A stretch of 64,000 nucleotides of DNA from Escherichia coli (GTDB lineage Bacteria; Pseudomonadota; Gammaproteobacteria; Enterobacterales; Enterobacteriaceae): NCBI RefSeq assembly GCF_029227855.1, contig NZ_CP074356.1; one strand, written 5' to 3'. This document shows positions 45,618-57,917 of this stretch, piece after piece; the first letter of the stretch is position 1; each line of letters opens with the position of its first letter. The notes below the pieces were generated by a model. It had not been told where the DNA came from. It saw only the letters and a list, made by a program, of their open reading frames with translations, and did not search any database. The translations under genes and the position numbers were made by a program.

Positions 45618-46877
45618 TTATGAGCGTTTCATCATTTCGAAGAAATCGTCATTGGTCTTAGTCATGGCCAGTTTATTAATGAGGAATTCCATTGCATCGA
45701 TTTCGCCCATCGGGTGAATGATTTTGCGCAGGATCCACATTTTCTGCAGTTCTTCCTGAGTCGTGAGCAGCTCTTCTTTACGGGTACCGGAACGGTTGTA
45801 GTCGATAGCCGGGAAGACGCGTTTTTCAGCGATCTTACGAGAGAGGTGCAGTTCCATGTTGCCTGTACCTTTAAACTCTTCGTAAATAACTTCGTCCATT
45901 TTAGAACCGGTATCGATAAGCGCCGTCGCGATAATGGTCAGGCTGCCGCCCTCTTCCACGTTACGCGCCGCACCGAAGAAGCGTTTCGGACGATGAAGGG
46001 CATTGGCGTCCACACCACCGGTCAACACTTTACCTGACGCCGGAACAACAGTGTTGTAAGCGCGCGCAAGACGAGTGATGGAGTCGAGCAGAATGATAAC
46101 GTCTTTCTTGTGCTCAACCAGGCGTTTGGCCTTCTCGATCACCATTTCCGCAACCTGAACGTGGCGAGATGCGGGTTCGTCAAAGGTAGAAGCAACAACT
46201 TCACCTTTTACCAGACGCTGCATCTCGGTTACTTCTTCCGGACGTTCGTCGATCAGCAGAACCATCAGCACACAATCCGGGTGGTTGTAAGCAATGCTCT
46301 GAGCAATGTTCTGCAGCAGCATAGTTTTACCGGCTTTCGGCGGTGCCACAATCAGACCACGCTGACCACGACCGATAGGTGATGCCAGATCCAGTACGCG
46401 AGCGGTTAAATCTTCAGTAGAACCGTTACCACGTTCCATACGCAGACGAGAGTTTGCGTGCAGCGGGGTTAAGTTCTCAAAGAGGATTTTGTTGCGGGCG
46501 TTTTCAGGTTTGTCGAAGTTAACTTCGTTAACTTTCAGCAGCGCAAAATAGCGTTCACCTTCTTTCGGCGGGCGAATCTTACCAGAGATGGTATCACCAG
46601 TGCGGAGGTTGAAACGGCGGATTTGGCTAGGGGAAACGTAGATGTCATCAGGACCGGCGAGGTAGGAGCTGTCTGCGGAACGGAGGAAACCAAATCCATC
46701 CTGCAATATCTCCAGTACGCCATCACCAAAGATATCTTCGCCACTCTTTGCGTGCTGCTTCAGGATGGCAAAAATAATGTCCTGCTTACGCATACGAGCC
46801 AGGTTTTCCAGCCCCATATTTTCGCCGAGAGTGATCAGCTCAGAAACCGGCGTATTCTTTAATTCGGTAAGATTCAT
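45618..46877 (-). CDS. rho: transcription termination factor Rho
   Basis: ORF track gives 443 aa; true start [44 protein letters not shown] gives 419 aa; Walker A APPKAGKT. Confidence 0.95.
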
Positions 46878-46961
46878 AGTGGTGTGAGTTCTTAAACTTG
46901 GGGTAAATCTCGAACTTAATGTTGTGAATGGTATGGCAGGATCATCCATGCCTGTTTACGG

Positions 46962-47063
46962 TCATCGACTCATGTCTTTTCGCTGCCTGGTCACAGGAGA
47001 GTACGCAGAACTGAAACGACAAGACGGATTGAGTGACGAGCCAGAAATCTGTTCACTTCGCAT
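46962..47063 (-). CDS. rhoL: rho operon leader peptide
   Basis: Reverse-complement encodes MRSEQISGSSLNPSCRFSSAYSPVTRQRKDMSR* (33 aa) just upstream of rho. Confidence 0.8.
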   Translation of the reverse strand: MRSEQISGSSLNPSCRFSSAYSPVTRQRKDMSR

Positions 47064-47203
47064 TTAAGATAAAACGGGAAGCGTTGGAAATTACAAGATT
47101 CAAACTTAATAAGGTATGTTTAATACGAAGTCAACACTAAGTTAGCATGACTCACGCCGGGCGTCCAGTTTTTAGCGACGGGGCACCCGAACATGAAATT
47201 CCC

Positions 47204-47533
47204 TTACGCCAGGTTAGCGTCGAGGAACTCTTTCAACTGACCTTTAGACAGTGCACCCACTTTGGTTGCCGCCACTTCACCGTTTTTGAACAGCAGCAGA
47301 GTCGGGATACCACGGATGCCATATTTCGGCGCAGTGCCAGGGTTTTGATCGATGTTCAGTTTTGCAACGGTCAGTTTGCCCTGATATTCGTCAGCGATTT
47401 CATCCAGAATCGGGGCGATCATTTTGCACGGACCGCACCACTCTGCCCAGAAATCGACGAGGATCGCCCCGTCCGCTTTGAGTACATCCGTGTCAAAACT
47501 GTCGTCAGTCAGGTGAATAATTTTATCGCTCAT
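47204..47533 (-). CDS. trxA: thioredoxin 1
   Basis: 109 aa from [50 protein letters not shown] (WCGPC active site); the ORF track upstream extension was rejected. Confidence 0.95.
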
Positions 47534-47663
47534 ATATAACTCCACAGGAATAAGCCTGGCGTGTTGGTTTCGTTGTTGGTGTAACATTAACCAACTAAAG
47601 GTTGACTTTATTTCACCGGATACGCTTTCGTAAAGCAATAGTAAGCTGATATTCTACCACACT

Positions 47664-48929
47664 ATGAGCAAAACACATTTAACAGAACAGAAGTTTTCCG
47701 ACTTCGCCCTGCATCCGAAGGTTGTAGAAGCCCTTGAAAAAAAAGGGTTTCATAACTGTACGCCCATTCAGGCACTGGCCCTTCCGCTGACGCTGGCGGG
47801 TCGTGACGTAGCCGGGCAGGCGCAAACCGGTACCGGGAAAACGATGGCGTTTCTTACGTCAACGTTTCATTATCTTCTCTCTCATCCTGCGATTGCCGAT
47901 CGCAAGGTGAATCAACCACGTGCCTTAATTATGGCACCGACGCGTGAACTTGCCGTGCAGATCCATGCCGACGCAGAACCGCTGGCGGAAGCTACCGGCC
48001 TGAAGCTGGGTCTGGCTTACGGTGGTGATGGCTACGACAAACAGCTGAAAGTGCTGGAAAGCGGCGTTGACATTCTGATTGGCACTACGGGGCGTTTAAT
48101 TGACTACGCCAAGCAGAACCACATTAACCTCGGTGCCATTCAGGTGGTGGTACTGGACGAAGCCGATCGCATGTACGATCTGGGCTTTATTAAAGATATC
48201 CGCTGGCTGTTCCGCCGTATGCCGCCTGCAAACCAGCGCCTCAACATGCTGTTCTCCGCCACGCTTTCGTACCGGGTACGTGAACTGGCGTTCGAGCAGA
48301 TGAACAATGCCGAATATATTGAAGTGGAACCGGAACAGAAAACGGGCCACCGTATTAAAGAAGAGCTTTTCTACCCTTCTAACGAAGAAAAAATGCGTTT
48401 GCTGCAAACGCTGATCGAAGAAGAGTGGCCAGACAGAGCGATTATTTTCGCCAATACCAAACACCGTTGTGAAGAGATCTGGGGCCACCTGGCGGCAGAT
48501 GGTCATCGTGTCGGTTTGTTGACAGGCGATGTCGCGCAGAAAAAACGTCTGCGTATTCTTGATGAATTTACCCGTGGCGATCTGGATATTCTGGTTGCCA
48601 CCGACGTTGCCGCGCGTGGTTTGCATATTCCGGCAGTGACGCACGTCTTTAACTACGATTTACCCGATGACTGTGAAGATTACGTTCACCGTATTGGTCG
48701 TACAGGTCGCGCAGGCGCAAGCGGTCACTCTATTAGCCTGGCGTGTGAAGAGTATGCATTGAATTTGCCTGCTATTGAGACCTATATTGGTCACTCAATT
48801 CCGGTAAGCAAATACAATCCGGACGCATTGATGACCGATCTGCCAAAACCGCTGCGCCTCACGCGCCCACGTACAGGCAATGGTCCGCGTCGTACTGGCG
48901 CTCCGCGTAATCGTCGTCGTTCAGGTTAA
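47664..48929 (+). CDS. rhlB: ATP-dependent DEAD-box RNA helicase RhlB
   Basis: 421-aa ORF with Q motif, Walker [13 protein letters not shown] box (VLDEADRM), [13 protein letters not shown] and an Arg-rich C-terminus. Confidence 0.93.
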
Positions 48930-49062
48930 ATAAAATGTCATACTCAAAATCATTCAAACTGTATCAAGATGGCAAGAGAATGAGTCCCGATGAGCGTACT
49001 GTAGTAAGTGATTCGGGTGAAAGAATGCAGCCAACACAGAGACAGATTGAAGGATGAAGAGT

Positions 49063-50547
49063 ATGGGTTCCACCTCGTCGCTGTATGCAGCCATTGATCT
49101 CGGTTCGAATAGTTTTCATATGCTGGTTGTGCGCGAGGTGGCTGGAAGCATCCAGACGCTGACGCGAATTAAACGCAAAGTGCGTCTGGCTGCTGGCCTG
49201 AATAGCGAAAATGCCCTCTCTAATGAAGCAATGGAGCGCGGTTGGCAATGTCTGCGCCTGTTTGCTGAACGTCTGCAAGATATTCCTCCCTCGCAAATTC
49301 GCGTTGTCGCTACGGCGACATTACGACTTGCCGTCAATGCGGGTGATTTTATTGCCAAAGCGCAGGAAATCCTCGGTTGTCCGGTACAGGTGATCAGCGG
49401 TGAAGAGGAAGCACGTCTGATTTATCAGGGCGTTGCTCACACCACTGGTGGTGCCGATCAGCGCCTGGTGGTGGATATAGGCGGAGCCAGTACTGAACTG
49501 GTAACCGGCACGGGTGCACAAACCACCTCGTTGTTCAGCCTGTCGATGGGCTGCGTCACCTGGCTGGAACGCTATTTTGCCGATCGTAATCTGGGGCAGG
49601 AAAATTTTGATGCTGCAGAAAAAGCGGCACGCGAAGTGTTACGTCCGGTTGCCGATGAATTACGGTATCACGGCTGGAAAGTGTGCGTTGGCGCTTCCGG
49701 CACCGTGCAGGCGTTACAGGAAATCATGATGGCACAGGGAATGGATGAACGCATTACCCTGGAAAAGTTGCAGCAACTGAAACAGCGCGCCATTCATTGC
49801 GGTCGGCTGGAAGAGCTGGAGATTGACGGGCTGACGCTGGAACGTGCGTTAGTGTTCCCGAGTGGTCTGGCGATCCTGATCGCCATTTTTACCGAACTGA
49901 ATATTCAGTGTATGACCCTGGCGGGCGGTGCGCTGCGTGAAGGCCTGGTCTACGGCATGTTGCATCTGGCCGTCGAGCAGGATATTCGCAGCCGTACGCT
50001 GCGTAATATTCAGCGCCGCTTTATGATCGATATTGATCAGGCGCAGCGCGTAGCCAAAGTTGCAGCTAACTTCTTCGATCAGGTGGAAAATGAATGGCAT
50101 CTTGAAGCAATAAGCCGCGATTTGCTCATCAGCGCTTGTCAGCTTCATGAAATCGGCCTGAGCGTTGACTTCAAACAAGCGCCGCAACACGCTGCTTATC
50201 TGGTGCGTAACCTGGATCTTCCCGGTTTTACCCCCGCACAGAAGAAACTGCTGGCGACGCTACTGCTCAACCAGACTAACCCGGTCGATCTCTCATCGCT
50301 GCATCAGCAAAATGCCGTACCACCGCGCGTCGCAGAACAACTCTGCCGTTTACTACGCCTGGCTATCATTTTTGCCAGCCGTCGCCGTGACGATCTCGTG
50401 CCAGAGATGACATTACAGGCTAACCATGAACTGTTGACCTTGACGCTTCCGCAAGGTTGGCTAACCCAACATCCGCTGGGTAAAGAGATTATTGCTCAGG
50501 AAAGCCAGTGGCAGAGCTATGTCCACTGGCCGCTGGAAGTGCATTAA
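49063..50547 (+). CDS. gppA: guanosine pentaphosphate phosphohydrolase / exopolyphosphatase
   Basis: Start at [26 protein letters not shown] gives 494 aa; Ppx/GppA family. Confidence 0.9.
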   Translation: MGSTSSLYAAIDLGSNSFHMLVVREVAGSIQTLTRIKRKVRLAAGLNSENALSNEAMERGWQCLRLFAERLQDIPPSQIRVVATATLRLAVNAGDFIAKAQEILGCPVQVISGEEEARLIYQGVAHTTGGADQRLVVDIGGASTELVTGTGAQTTSLFSLSMGCVTWLERYFADRNLGQENFDAAEKAAREVLRPVADELRYHGWKVCVGASGTVQALQEIMMAQGMDERITLEKLQQLKQRAIHCGRLEELEIDGLTLERALVFPSGLAILIAIFTELNIQCMTLAGGALREGLVYGMLHLAVEQDIRSRTLRNIQRRFMIDIDQAQRVAKVAANFFDQVENEWHLEAISRDLLISACQLHEIGLSVDFKQAPQHAAYLVRNLDLPGFTPAQKKLLATLLLNQTNPVDLSSLHQQNAVPPRVAEQLCRLLRLAIIFASRRRDDLVPEMTLQANHELLTLTLPQGWLTQHPLGKEIIAQESQWQSYVHWPLEVH

Positions 50548-50593
50548 TGAGTAAGTGCCGGATGCGATGCTGACGCATCTTTTCCGGCCTTGA

Positions 50594-52615
50594 TTATTTC
50601 CCTCGTTTTGCCGCCATCATCGCTTTCAAATTCGCCAGATGGCTTTGCCCTTTCTGCATCCGTTCTTCGGCGCTGACCACTTTGCGCTCCTGTTCCCAAA
50701 TCAGATCATCCTGCGGCAGCTCCAGCAAAAAGCGGCTCGGCTCCGGGCGCACCAGTTCGCCATACTGACGGCGTTCTTTACACAGCGTAAAGGTCAATTC
50801 CTTCTGGGCGCGGGTAATGCCGACATAGGCCAGCCGCCGCTCCTCATCGATATTATCTTCATCGATGCTGCTCTGGTGCGGCAAAAACCCTTCTTCCATA
50901 CCGACCATGTAGACATAAGGAAACTCCAGCCCTTTCGACGCGTGGAGAGTCATCAGTTGCACCTGATCCAGCTCTTCTTCACTCTCACCACGCTCCATCA
51001 TGTCGCGCAAAGTAAAGCGCGTCACCACCTGGGTGAGCGTCATCGGCTCATCCAGTTCGCTGCCTTCCAGCATCTCCGTCATCCAGCTAAACAGTTGGTT
51101 GACGTTCTTCATGCGCATTTCGGCGGCTTTCGGGCTGGGCGATGTTTCGTACAGCCAGGATTCATAATCCATGCCGTGGATCAGATCGCGCACCGCAGCA
51201 ATCGGCTCCCGCTCCGCCAGGCGCTGGATTTCTGCCAACCAGTGAGTGAAGCGGGTCAATGCTTCATAACCACGTCCGCTAAGGGTCTGACTCAGGCCCA
51301 TATCAAAGCTGGCGGTAAACATGCTTTTATTGCGCGTCATCGCCCACTCACCCAGCTTTTTCAGCGTCGCCGGGCCAATCTCTCGCTTCGGCGTGTTAAC
51401 GATACGCAGAAATGCGCTGTCATCGTCCGGGTTAGTCAGCACACGCAGATAAGCCAGCAAATCCTTGATTTCAGGACGAGAGAAAAACGACGTACCACCA
51501 GAAATTTTGTACGGGATGCGGTTTTGCATCAGGAATTTTTCAAATACCCGCGACTGATGGTTGCCGCGATAAAGAATGGCGTAATCTTTGTACTGCGTTT
51601 TATTGACGAAGTGATGCGCAATCAGTTCACCGGTGACGCGCTCGGCTTCATGTTCCTCGTTATTCGCGCTTAAAACTTTTAGCTCTGTGCCATAACCCAG
51701 TTCGGAGAACAGACGCTTTTCAAAGACGTGCGGATTATTGGCGATCAGGATGTTCGCCGCTTTCAAAATACGTCCGGAAGAGCGGTAGTTTTGCTCAAGC
51801 TTAATCACCTTCAGCGCCGGAAAATCCTGGCTCAACAGCACCAGGTTTTGCGGACGTGCGCCGCGCCAGGAGTAGATCGACTGGTCGTCATCGCCAACTA
51901 CGGTAAAGCGCGCGCGGCTGCCCACCAGCAGTTTCACCAGTTCATACTGGCTGGTGTTGGTGTCCTGATACTCATCCACCAGCAGGTAGCGAATTTTGTT
52001 CTGCCAGCGCTCGCGGACTTCTTCATTGCGTTGCAGCAGCAACGTCGGCAATAAAATCAGATCATCGAAGTCGAGAACGTTACAGGCTTTCAGGTGTGCA
52101 TCATACAGCCCATAACAATGGGCAAAAATACGATCCCGCTCGCCCTTTGCCTCTGCCGCCGCCTGCGCCGGAGTTTTGAGATCGTTCTTCCAGTTGGAGA
52201 TGGTCGAAATTAGCTGTTGCAGGAGAACTTTGTCATCTTCAATCAGCCCCTCAGTCAGCTCTTTGAGCAACGCCAGCTGATCGGTATCGTCAAACAATGA
52301 GAAGTTCGCTTTCATCCCAAGCGCCGCATACTCACGCTTGATGATATCCAGCCCCAGCGTGTGGAAGGTGGAGATCATCAGCCCTCGCGCCTCTTTGCGA
52401 CCCAGCGTCTGCCCGACTCGCTCTTTCATCTCGCGCGCCGCCTTATTGGTAAAGGTCACCGCCGCGATATGTCGTGCCTGATAACCGCAACCGCGGATCA
52501 GATGGGCGATTTTATTGGTGATAACACGAGTTTTACCGGAACCCGCGCCCGCCAGCACCAGGCAGGGGCCGGTAACGAATTCGACAGCTTGTTGTTGGCC
52601 GGGGTTTAGACGCAT
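50594..52615 (-). CDS. rep: ATP-dependent DNA helicase Rep
   Basis: ORF track gives 690 aa; true start [40 protein letters not shown] gives 673 aa; UvrD/Rep family. Confidence 0.93.
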   Translation of the reverse strand: MRLNPGQQQAVEFVTGPCLVLAGAGSGKTRVITNKIAHLIRGCGYQARHIAAVTFTNKAAREMKERVGQTLGRKEARGLMISTFHTLGLDIIKREYAALGMKANFSLFDDTDQLALLKELTEGLIEDDKVLLQQLISTISNWKNDLKTPAQAAAEAKGERDRIFAHCYGLYDAHLKACNVLDFDDLILLPTLLLQRNEEVRERWQNKIRYLLVDEYQDTNTSQYELVKLLVGSRARFTVVGDDDQSIYSWRGARPQNLVLLSQDFPALKVIKLEQNYRSSGRILKAANILIANNPHVFEKRLFSELGYGTELKVLSANNEEHEAERVTGELIAHHFVNKTQYKDYAILYRGNHQSRVFEKFLMQNRIPYKISGGTSFFSRPEIKDLLAYLRVLTNPDDDSAFLRIVNTPKREIGPATLKKLGEWAMTRNKSMFTASFDMGLSQTLSGRGYEALTRFTHWLAEIQRLAEREPIAAVRDLIHGMDYESWLYETSPSPKAAEMRMKNVNQLFSWMTEMLEGSELDEPMTLTQVVTRFTLRDMMERGESEEELDQVQLMTLHASKGLEFPYVYMVGMEEGFLPHQSSIDEDNIDEERRLAYVGITRAQKELTFTLCKERRQYGELVRPEPSRFLLELPQDDLIWEQERKVVSAEERMQKGQSHLANLKAMMAAKRGK

Positions 52616-52831
52616 AGGTGTATTGCTCAATCTTCGAACGGGGGGAGGATTGTAGCAGAATCGCATTTGAATGTGACCGAGTGAAAACCGCTAACCGGAT
52701 GGCTGCGGATGTTTAAATCAGAGAGGGAAGGCCGAAACCGGAGTTCATCATGAATCCATTAGACTTAGAAAATATCGGGTCGTAACGTTGTGTTATTACT
52801 TTTTCAGAGTTTACTAAGGAGAGGTTTACTC

Positions 52832-53275
52832 GTGGCGATTAATTTCAGCCCCAAGGTTGGTGAAATACTGGAATGCAACTTTGGTAACTATCCTGTTAGC
52901 CAGAATGGACAGATCAGTACGGCGTATTACGATGGCCGCATTCCACCTGAGATGATAAAAAATAGGTTGGTTGTCGTGCTCAACGGAAAAATTAATGGCA
53001 ACGCATGTATCGTCGTTCCATTATCAACCACTCGCGACCATGACAAGTTAAATCGTGGAATGCATGTTGAAATAGCCAGTAATGTTATCAATGACCTGCA
53101 ATTCTTTGATCAGCAGATACGTTGGGCTAAAGCCGACCTGGTACAACAAGTCAGTCGAAACCGATTAAACAGAGCAAGGACTTATCGGGGTATCTTAATC
53201 AATGTTTGCCACATGAGTTGGTTGCAGACATACAGAGGGCAGTCATCAAGTCAATCAATGCCATATCGCTCATAA
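52832..53275 (+). CDS. yifN: PemK/MazF-fold (toxin-like) protein, intact, no adjacent antitoxin ORF recognised
   Basis: GTG start 8 nt after AAGGAGAG Shine-Dalgarno; segments PKVGEILECNF, RLVVVLNG and NACIVVPLST resemble the PemK/MazF conserved core (GEIWLVDLDP / RPVLIV / LPVVVPVTS) as I recall it; symbol by synteny between rep and ppiC. Confidence 0.55.
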   Translation: MAINFSPKVGEILECNFGNYPVSQNGQISTAYYDGRIPPEMIKNRLVVVLNGKINGNACIVVPLSTTRDHDKLNRGMHVEIASNVINDLQFFDQQIRWAKADLVQQVSRNRLNRARTYRGILINVCHMSWLQTYRGQSSSQSMPYRS

Positions 53276-53408
53276 ATTGACAATAAAATCACCATCCCCG
53301 ATAATGACTCTGTAGCCCATAGAGGCCCTAAGTTTTCTCCCCTTGAGGGACCTGCGAAGCCCGGATTTTCCGGGCTTTTGCCATATATGTCCCCCCCTCC
53401 CTGACTGA

Positions 53409-53714
<306 letters not shown>

Positions 53715-53718
53715 TAGC

Positions 53719-53775
53719 AAGGCCTTCTCCAGGAGAAGGCCTTGAGTGTTTTCTCCCTCTCCCTGTGGGAGAGGG
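53719..53775. terminator. bidirectional terminator region between convergent ppiC and ilvC
   Basis: Two hairpins: aaggccttctcc-agg-agaaggcctt and ccctctccc-tgtg-ggagaggg. Confidence 0.5.
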
Positions 53776-53800
53776 TCGGGGTGAGGGCATCAGCGCGCAC

Positions 53801-55276
53801 TTAACCCGCAACAGCAATACGTTTCATATCTGTCATATAGCCGCGCAGTTTCTTACCTACCTGCTCAATCGCATGGCTGCGAATCGCTTCGTTCACATCA
53901 CGCAGTTGCGCGTTATCTACCGCGCCTTCCGGAATAGCTTTACCCAAGTCGCCCGGTTGCAGCTCTGCCATAAACGGTTTCAGCAACGGCACACAAGCGT
54001 AAGAGAACAGATAGTTACCGTACTCAGCGGTATCAGAGATAACCACGTTCATTTCGTACAGACGCTTACGGGCGATGGTGTTGGCAATCAGCGGCAGCTC
54101 GTGCAGTGATTCATAATATGCAGACTCTTCAATGATGCCGGAATCGACCATGGTTTCGAACGCCAGTTCAACGCCCGCTTTCACCATCGCGATCATCAGT
54201 ACGCCTTTATCGAAGTACTCCTGCTCGCCGATTTTGCCTTCATACTGCGGCGCGGTTTCAAACGCGGTTTTGCCGGTCTCTTCACGCCAGGTCAGCAGTT
54301 TCTTATCATCGTTGGCCCAGTCCGCCATCATACCGGAAGAGAATTCGCCGGAGATGATGTCGTCCATATGTTTCTGGAACAGCGGTGCCATGATCTCTTT
54401 CAGCTGTTCAGAAAGCGCATAAGCACGCAGTTTCGCCGGGTTAGAGAGACGGTCCATCATCAGGGTGATGCCGCCCTGCTTCAGCGCTTCGGTGATGGTT
54501 TCCCAACCGAACTGAATTAGTTTTTCTGCGTATGCCGGATCGGTGCCCTCTTCCACCAGCTTGTCGAAGCACAGCAGCGAGCCAGCCTGCAACATACCGC
54601 ACAGGATGGTTTGCTCACCCATCAGGTCAGATTTCACTTCCGCAACGAAGGACGATTCCAGCACGCCCGCACGGTGACCACCGGTTGCTGCCGCCCATGC
54701 TTTAGCGATCGCCATACCTTCGCCTTTCGGATCGTTTTCCGGGTGAACGGCAATCAGCGTCGGTACGCCGAATCCACGTTTGTACTCTTCACGCACTTCG
54801 GTGCCAGGGCATTTCGGCGCAACCATGACTACGGTGATATCTTTACGGATCTGCTCGCCCACTTCGACGATGTTGAAACCGTGCGAGTAACCCAGCGCCG
54901 CGCCGTCTTTCATCAGTGGCTGTACGGTGCGCACTACATCAGAGTGCTGCTTGTCCGGCGTCAGGTTAACCACCAGATCCGCCTGCGGGATCAGTTCTTC
55001 GTAAGTACCAACTTTAAAACCGTTTTCGGTCGCTTTACGCCAGGACGCGCGCTTCTCGGCAATCGCTTCTTTACGCAGAGCGTAGGAGATATCGAGACCA
55101 GAATCACGCATGTTCAGGCCCTGGTTCAGCCCCTGTGCGCCACAGCCGACGATAACCACTTTTTTATCCTGAAGGTAGCTCGCGCCGTCGGCGAATTCGT
55201 CGCGCCCCATAAAGCGACATTTGCCCAGCTGTGCCAGCTGCTGGCGCAGGTTCAGTGTATTGAAGTAGTTAGCCAT
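53801..55276 (-). CDS. ilvC: ketol-acid reductoisomerase
   Basis: ORF track gives 541 aa; true start [23 protein letters not shown] gives 491 aa. Confidence 0.95.
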   Translation of the reverse strand: MANYFNTLNLRQQLAQLGKCRFMGRDEFADGASYLQDKKVVIVGCGAQGLNQGLNMRDSGLDISYALRKEAIAEKRASWRKATENGFKVGTYEELIPQADLVVNLTPDKQHSDVVRTVQPLMKDGAALGYSHGFNIVEVGEQIRKDITVVMVAPKCPGTEVREEYKRGFGVPTLIAVHPENDPKGEGMAIAKAWAAATGGHRAGVLESSFVAEVKSDLMGEQTILCGMLQAGSLLCFDKLVEEGTDPAYAEKLIQFGWETITEALKQGGITLMMDRLSNPAKLRAYALSEQLKEIMAPLFQKHMDDIISGEFSSGMMADWANDDKKLLTWREETGKTAFETAPQYEGKIGEQEYFDKGVLMIAMVKAGVELAFETMVDSGIIEESAYYESLHELPLIANTIARKRLYEMNVVISDTAEYGNYLFSYACVPLLKPFMAELQPGDLGKAIPEGAVDNAQLRDVNEAIRSHAIEQVGKKLRGYMTDMKRIAVAG

Positions 55277-55425
55277 GGTGATTCCTCGTGATGTTGTGCT
55301 TCTTATTGTTCGGTTCGCGTTTGCGAGATTGAATTCACTATATGACAGGAAATTTATTGCGGAAATTGATATATTCACAACGTCACATTGCAATTTTTGC
55401 AACGTCAACATCGAGGGCTGCGCCA
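55277..55425. promoter_or_regulatory. ilvC-ilvY divergent promoter/operator region
   Basis: 149-bp interval between divergent ilvC and ilvY starts; IlvY operators expected from established knowledge, not individually resolved. Confidence 0.45.
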
Positions 55426-56319
55426 TTGGATTTACGCGATCTGAAAACCTTCCTGCATCTGGCGGAAAGCCGCCATTTTGGCCGCAGCGCGCGGGCGATG
55501 CACGTTAGCCCATCCACGCTCTCACGGCAGATTCAGCGCCTGGAAGAAGATCTTGGTCAGCCGCTATTTGTGCGCGATAACCGCACGGTAACGCTGACGG
55601 AAGCGGGCGAAGAGCTGCGCGTTTTCGCCCAGCAAACGCTGTTGCAGTATCAGCAATTGCGCCACACCATCGATCAGCAAGGGCCGTCGCTCTCTGGCGA
55701 ATTACATATCTTCTGCTCGGTGACCGCTGCCTACAGCCATCTGCCGCCGATTCTGGATCGCTTCCGCGCGGAACACCCGTCGGTGGAGATCAAACTCACC
55801 ACTGGTGATGCGGCAGATGCAATGGAAAAAGTGGTCACGGGAGAAGCGGATCTGGCGATTGCCGGGAAACCGGAGACGCTACCCGGCGCTGTGGCGTTTT
55901 CGATGCTGGAGAATCTGGCAGTAGTGCTGATTGCGCCCGCGCTGCCCTGCCCGGTGCGTAACCAGGTTTCGGCAGAGAAGCCGGACTGGTCTACAGTGCC
56001 GTTTATCATGGCCGATCAGGGACCGGTGCGTCGCCGCATTGAACTGTGGTTTCGACGCAATAAAATCAGCAACCCGATGATTTACGCCACGGTTGGCGGG
56101 CATGAAGCGATGGTATCGATGGTGGCGCTCGGCTGTGGTGTGGCGCTGTTGCCGGAAGTAGTGCTGGAAAACAGCCCCGAACCGGTGCGTAACCGCGTGA
56201 TGATTTTAGAGCGCAGCGATGAAAAAACGCCGTTTGAACTGGGCGTGTGTGCACAAAAAAAGCGGCTGCATGAGCCGCTGATTGAGGCGTTCTGGAGGAT
56301 TTTGCCGAACCACAAATGA
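55426..56319 (+). CDS. ilvY: LysR-family regulator IlvY
   Basis: In-frame TTG at 55426 gives a 297-aa protein beginning (M)[39 protein letters not shown] (HTH); there is no ATG in frame upstream of the HTH. Confidence 0.88.
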   Translation: MDLRDLKTFLHLAESRHFGRSARAMHVSPSTLSRQIQRLEEDLGQPLFVRDNRTVTLTEAGEELRVFAQQTLLQYQQLRHTIDQQGPSLSGELHIFCSVTAAYSHLPPILDRFRAEHPSVEIKLTTGDAADAMEKVVTGEADLAIAGKPETLPGAVAFSMLENLAVVLIAPALPCPVRNQVSAEKPDWSTVPFIMADQGPVRRRIELWFRRNKISNPMIYATVGGHEAMVSMVALGCGVALLPEVVLENSPEPVRNRVMILERSDEKTPFELGVCAQKKRLHEPLIEAFWRILPNHK

Positions 56320-56324
56320 CGTTG

Positions 56325-56365
56325 TCGCGCGGGTAGGCCTGATAAGCGAAGCGCTATCAGGCATT
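56325..56365. repeat. REP-like palindromic unit
   Basis: gtaggcctgataagcgaagcgctatcaggc between ilvY and ilvA. Confidence 0.4.
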
Positions 56366-56370
56366 TTTCC

Positions 56371-57915
56371 CTAACCCGCCAAAAAGAACCTGAACGCCGG
56401 GTTATTGGTTTCGTCGTGGCAATCGTAGCCCAGCTCATTCAGCCGGGTTTCGAAATCCGGTTCATGGTCGCCAAGTTCGAACGCCGCCAGTACGCGCCCG
56501 TAGTCGGTGCCATGGCTGCGATAGTGGAACAAAGAAATGTTCCAGTGCGTACCCAGCGTGTTGAGGAAGCGCAGCAGCGCGCCCGGTGATTCCGGGAATT
56601 CGAAGCTGTAGAGGCGTTCCTGCAACGGATGTGACGGACGCCCGCCGACCATATAGCGCACATGCAACTTCGCCATTTCGTCGTCGGAGAGATCCACCAC
56701 GCTGTAGCCGCCGTCGTTGAGCATCTGCAAAATTTCTTTGCGCTCTTCGAGGCCGCGGCTCAGGCGCACGCCGACAAAGATGCAGGCGTTTTTGGCATCG
56801 GCAAAACGGTAGTTGAACTCGGTGACCGATCGCCCGCCAAGCAGTTGGCAGAATTTGAGGAAGCTGCCTTTTTCTTCCGGAATGGTCACCGCCAACAACG
56901 CTTCACGCTGTTCGCCCAGTTCGCAGCGTTCCGAGACGTAGCGCAGGCCGTGGAAGTTCACGTTGGCACCGGAAAGAATATGCGCCAGCCGTTCGCCGCG
57001 AATGTTGTGCTGGGCGATATATTTTTTCATTCCCGCCAGCGCCAGCGCGCCAGAGGGTTCCGCCACCGCGCGCACATCTTCGAATAAATCCTTCATCGCC
57101 GCACAGATCGCATCACTATCGACGGTGATGATGTCGTCGAGATACTCCTGGCATAAACGGAAGGTTTCGTCACCGATGCGTTTTACCGCTACGCCTTCAG
57201 CAAATAGCCCTACGCGCGGCAGATCAACCGGATGACCCGCATCCAGCGCTGCTTTCAGGCAGGCGGAGTCTTCCGCTTCTACGGCGATCACTTTGATTTG
57301 TGGCATCAGTTGTTTGATCAGCACCGCAACGCCCGCCGCCAGACCGCCGCCGCCGACTGGCACAAATACGCGGTCGAGATGGGCGTCCTGCTGGAGCAGT
57401 TCCAGCGCCAGCGTGCCTTGCCCGGCAATCACCATCGGATGGTCGAACGGCGGCACCCAGGTGAACCCCTGCTGCTGTGACAGTTCGATCGCTTTAGCTT
57501 TCGCTTCGTCAAAGTTCGCGCCATGAAGCAGCACTTCGCCGCCGAATCCACGTACCGCATCGACTTTGATGTCGGCGGTGGCGGTTGGCATAACGATCAG
57601 GGCCTTCACGCCTAACCGCGCAGAAGAAAACGCGACGCCCTGCGCGTGGTTACCCGCAGAAGCAGTGATCACGCCGTGCGCTTTTTGTTCTTCCGTCAGG
57701 CCCGCCATCATGGCGTATGCGCCGCGCAGCTTAAAGCTGTGCACTGGCTGGCGATCTTCGCGCTTCACCAGAATGACGTTATCAAGACGCGACGACAGTT
57801 TTTCCATTTTTTGTAGCGGCGTAACCTGCGCCGCCTCGTAAACCGGCGCGCGCAGCACTGCTCTTAAATATTCGGCACCTTCCGGAGCACCGGACAGGGG
57901 TTGCGAGTCAGCCAT
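56371..57915 (-). CDS. ilvA: threonine dehydratase (biosynthetic)
   Basis: 514-aa ORF with PLP-binding region (HSFKLRGA) and C-terminal regulatory ACT-like domains. Confidence 0.95.
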   Translation of the reverse strand: MADSQPLSGAPEGAEYLRAVLRAPVYEAAQVTPLQKMEKLSSRLDNVILVKREDRQPVHSFKLRGAYAMMAGLTEEQKAHGVITASAGNHAQGVAFSSARLGVKALIVMPTATADIKVDAVRGFGGEVLLHGANFDEAKAKAIELSQQQGFTWVPPFDHPMVIAGQGTLALELLQQDAHLDRVFVPVGGGGLAAGVAVLIKQLMPQIKVIAVEAEDSACLKAALDAGHPVDLPRVGLFAEGVAVKRIGDETFRLCQEYLDDIITVDSDAICAAMKDLFEDVRAVAEPSGALALAGMKKYIAQHNIRGERLAHILSGANVNFHGLRYVSERCELGEQREALLAVTIPEEKGSFLKFCQLLGGRSVTEFNYRFADAKNACIFVGVRLSRGLEERKEILQMLNDGGYSVVDLSDDEMAKLHVRYMVGGRPSHPLQERLYSFEFPESPGALLRFLNTLGTHWNISLFHYRSHGTDYGRVLAAFELGDHEPDFETRLNELGYDCHDETNNPAFRFFLAG

Positions 57916-57917
57916 TA

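Noticed and set aside
50639-51673. 344-aa plus-strand ORF
   Set aside because: Antisense to rep.
54611-55291. 226-aa plus-strand ORF
   Set aside because: Antisense to ilvC.
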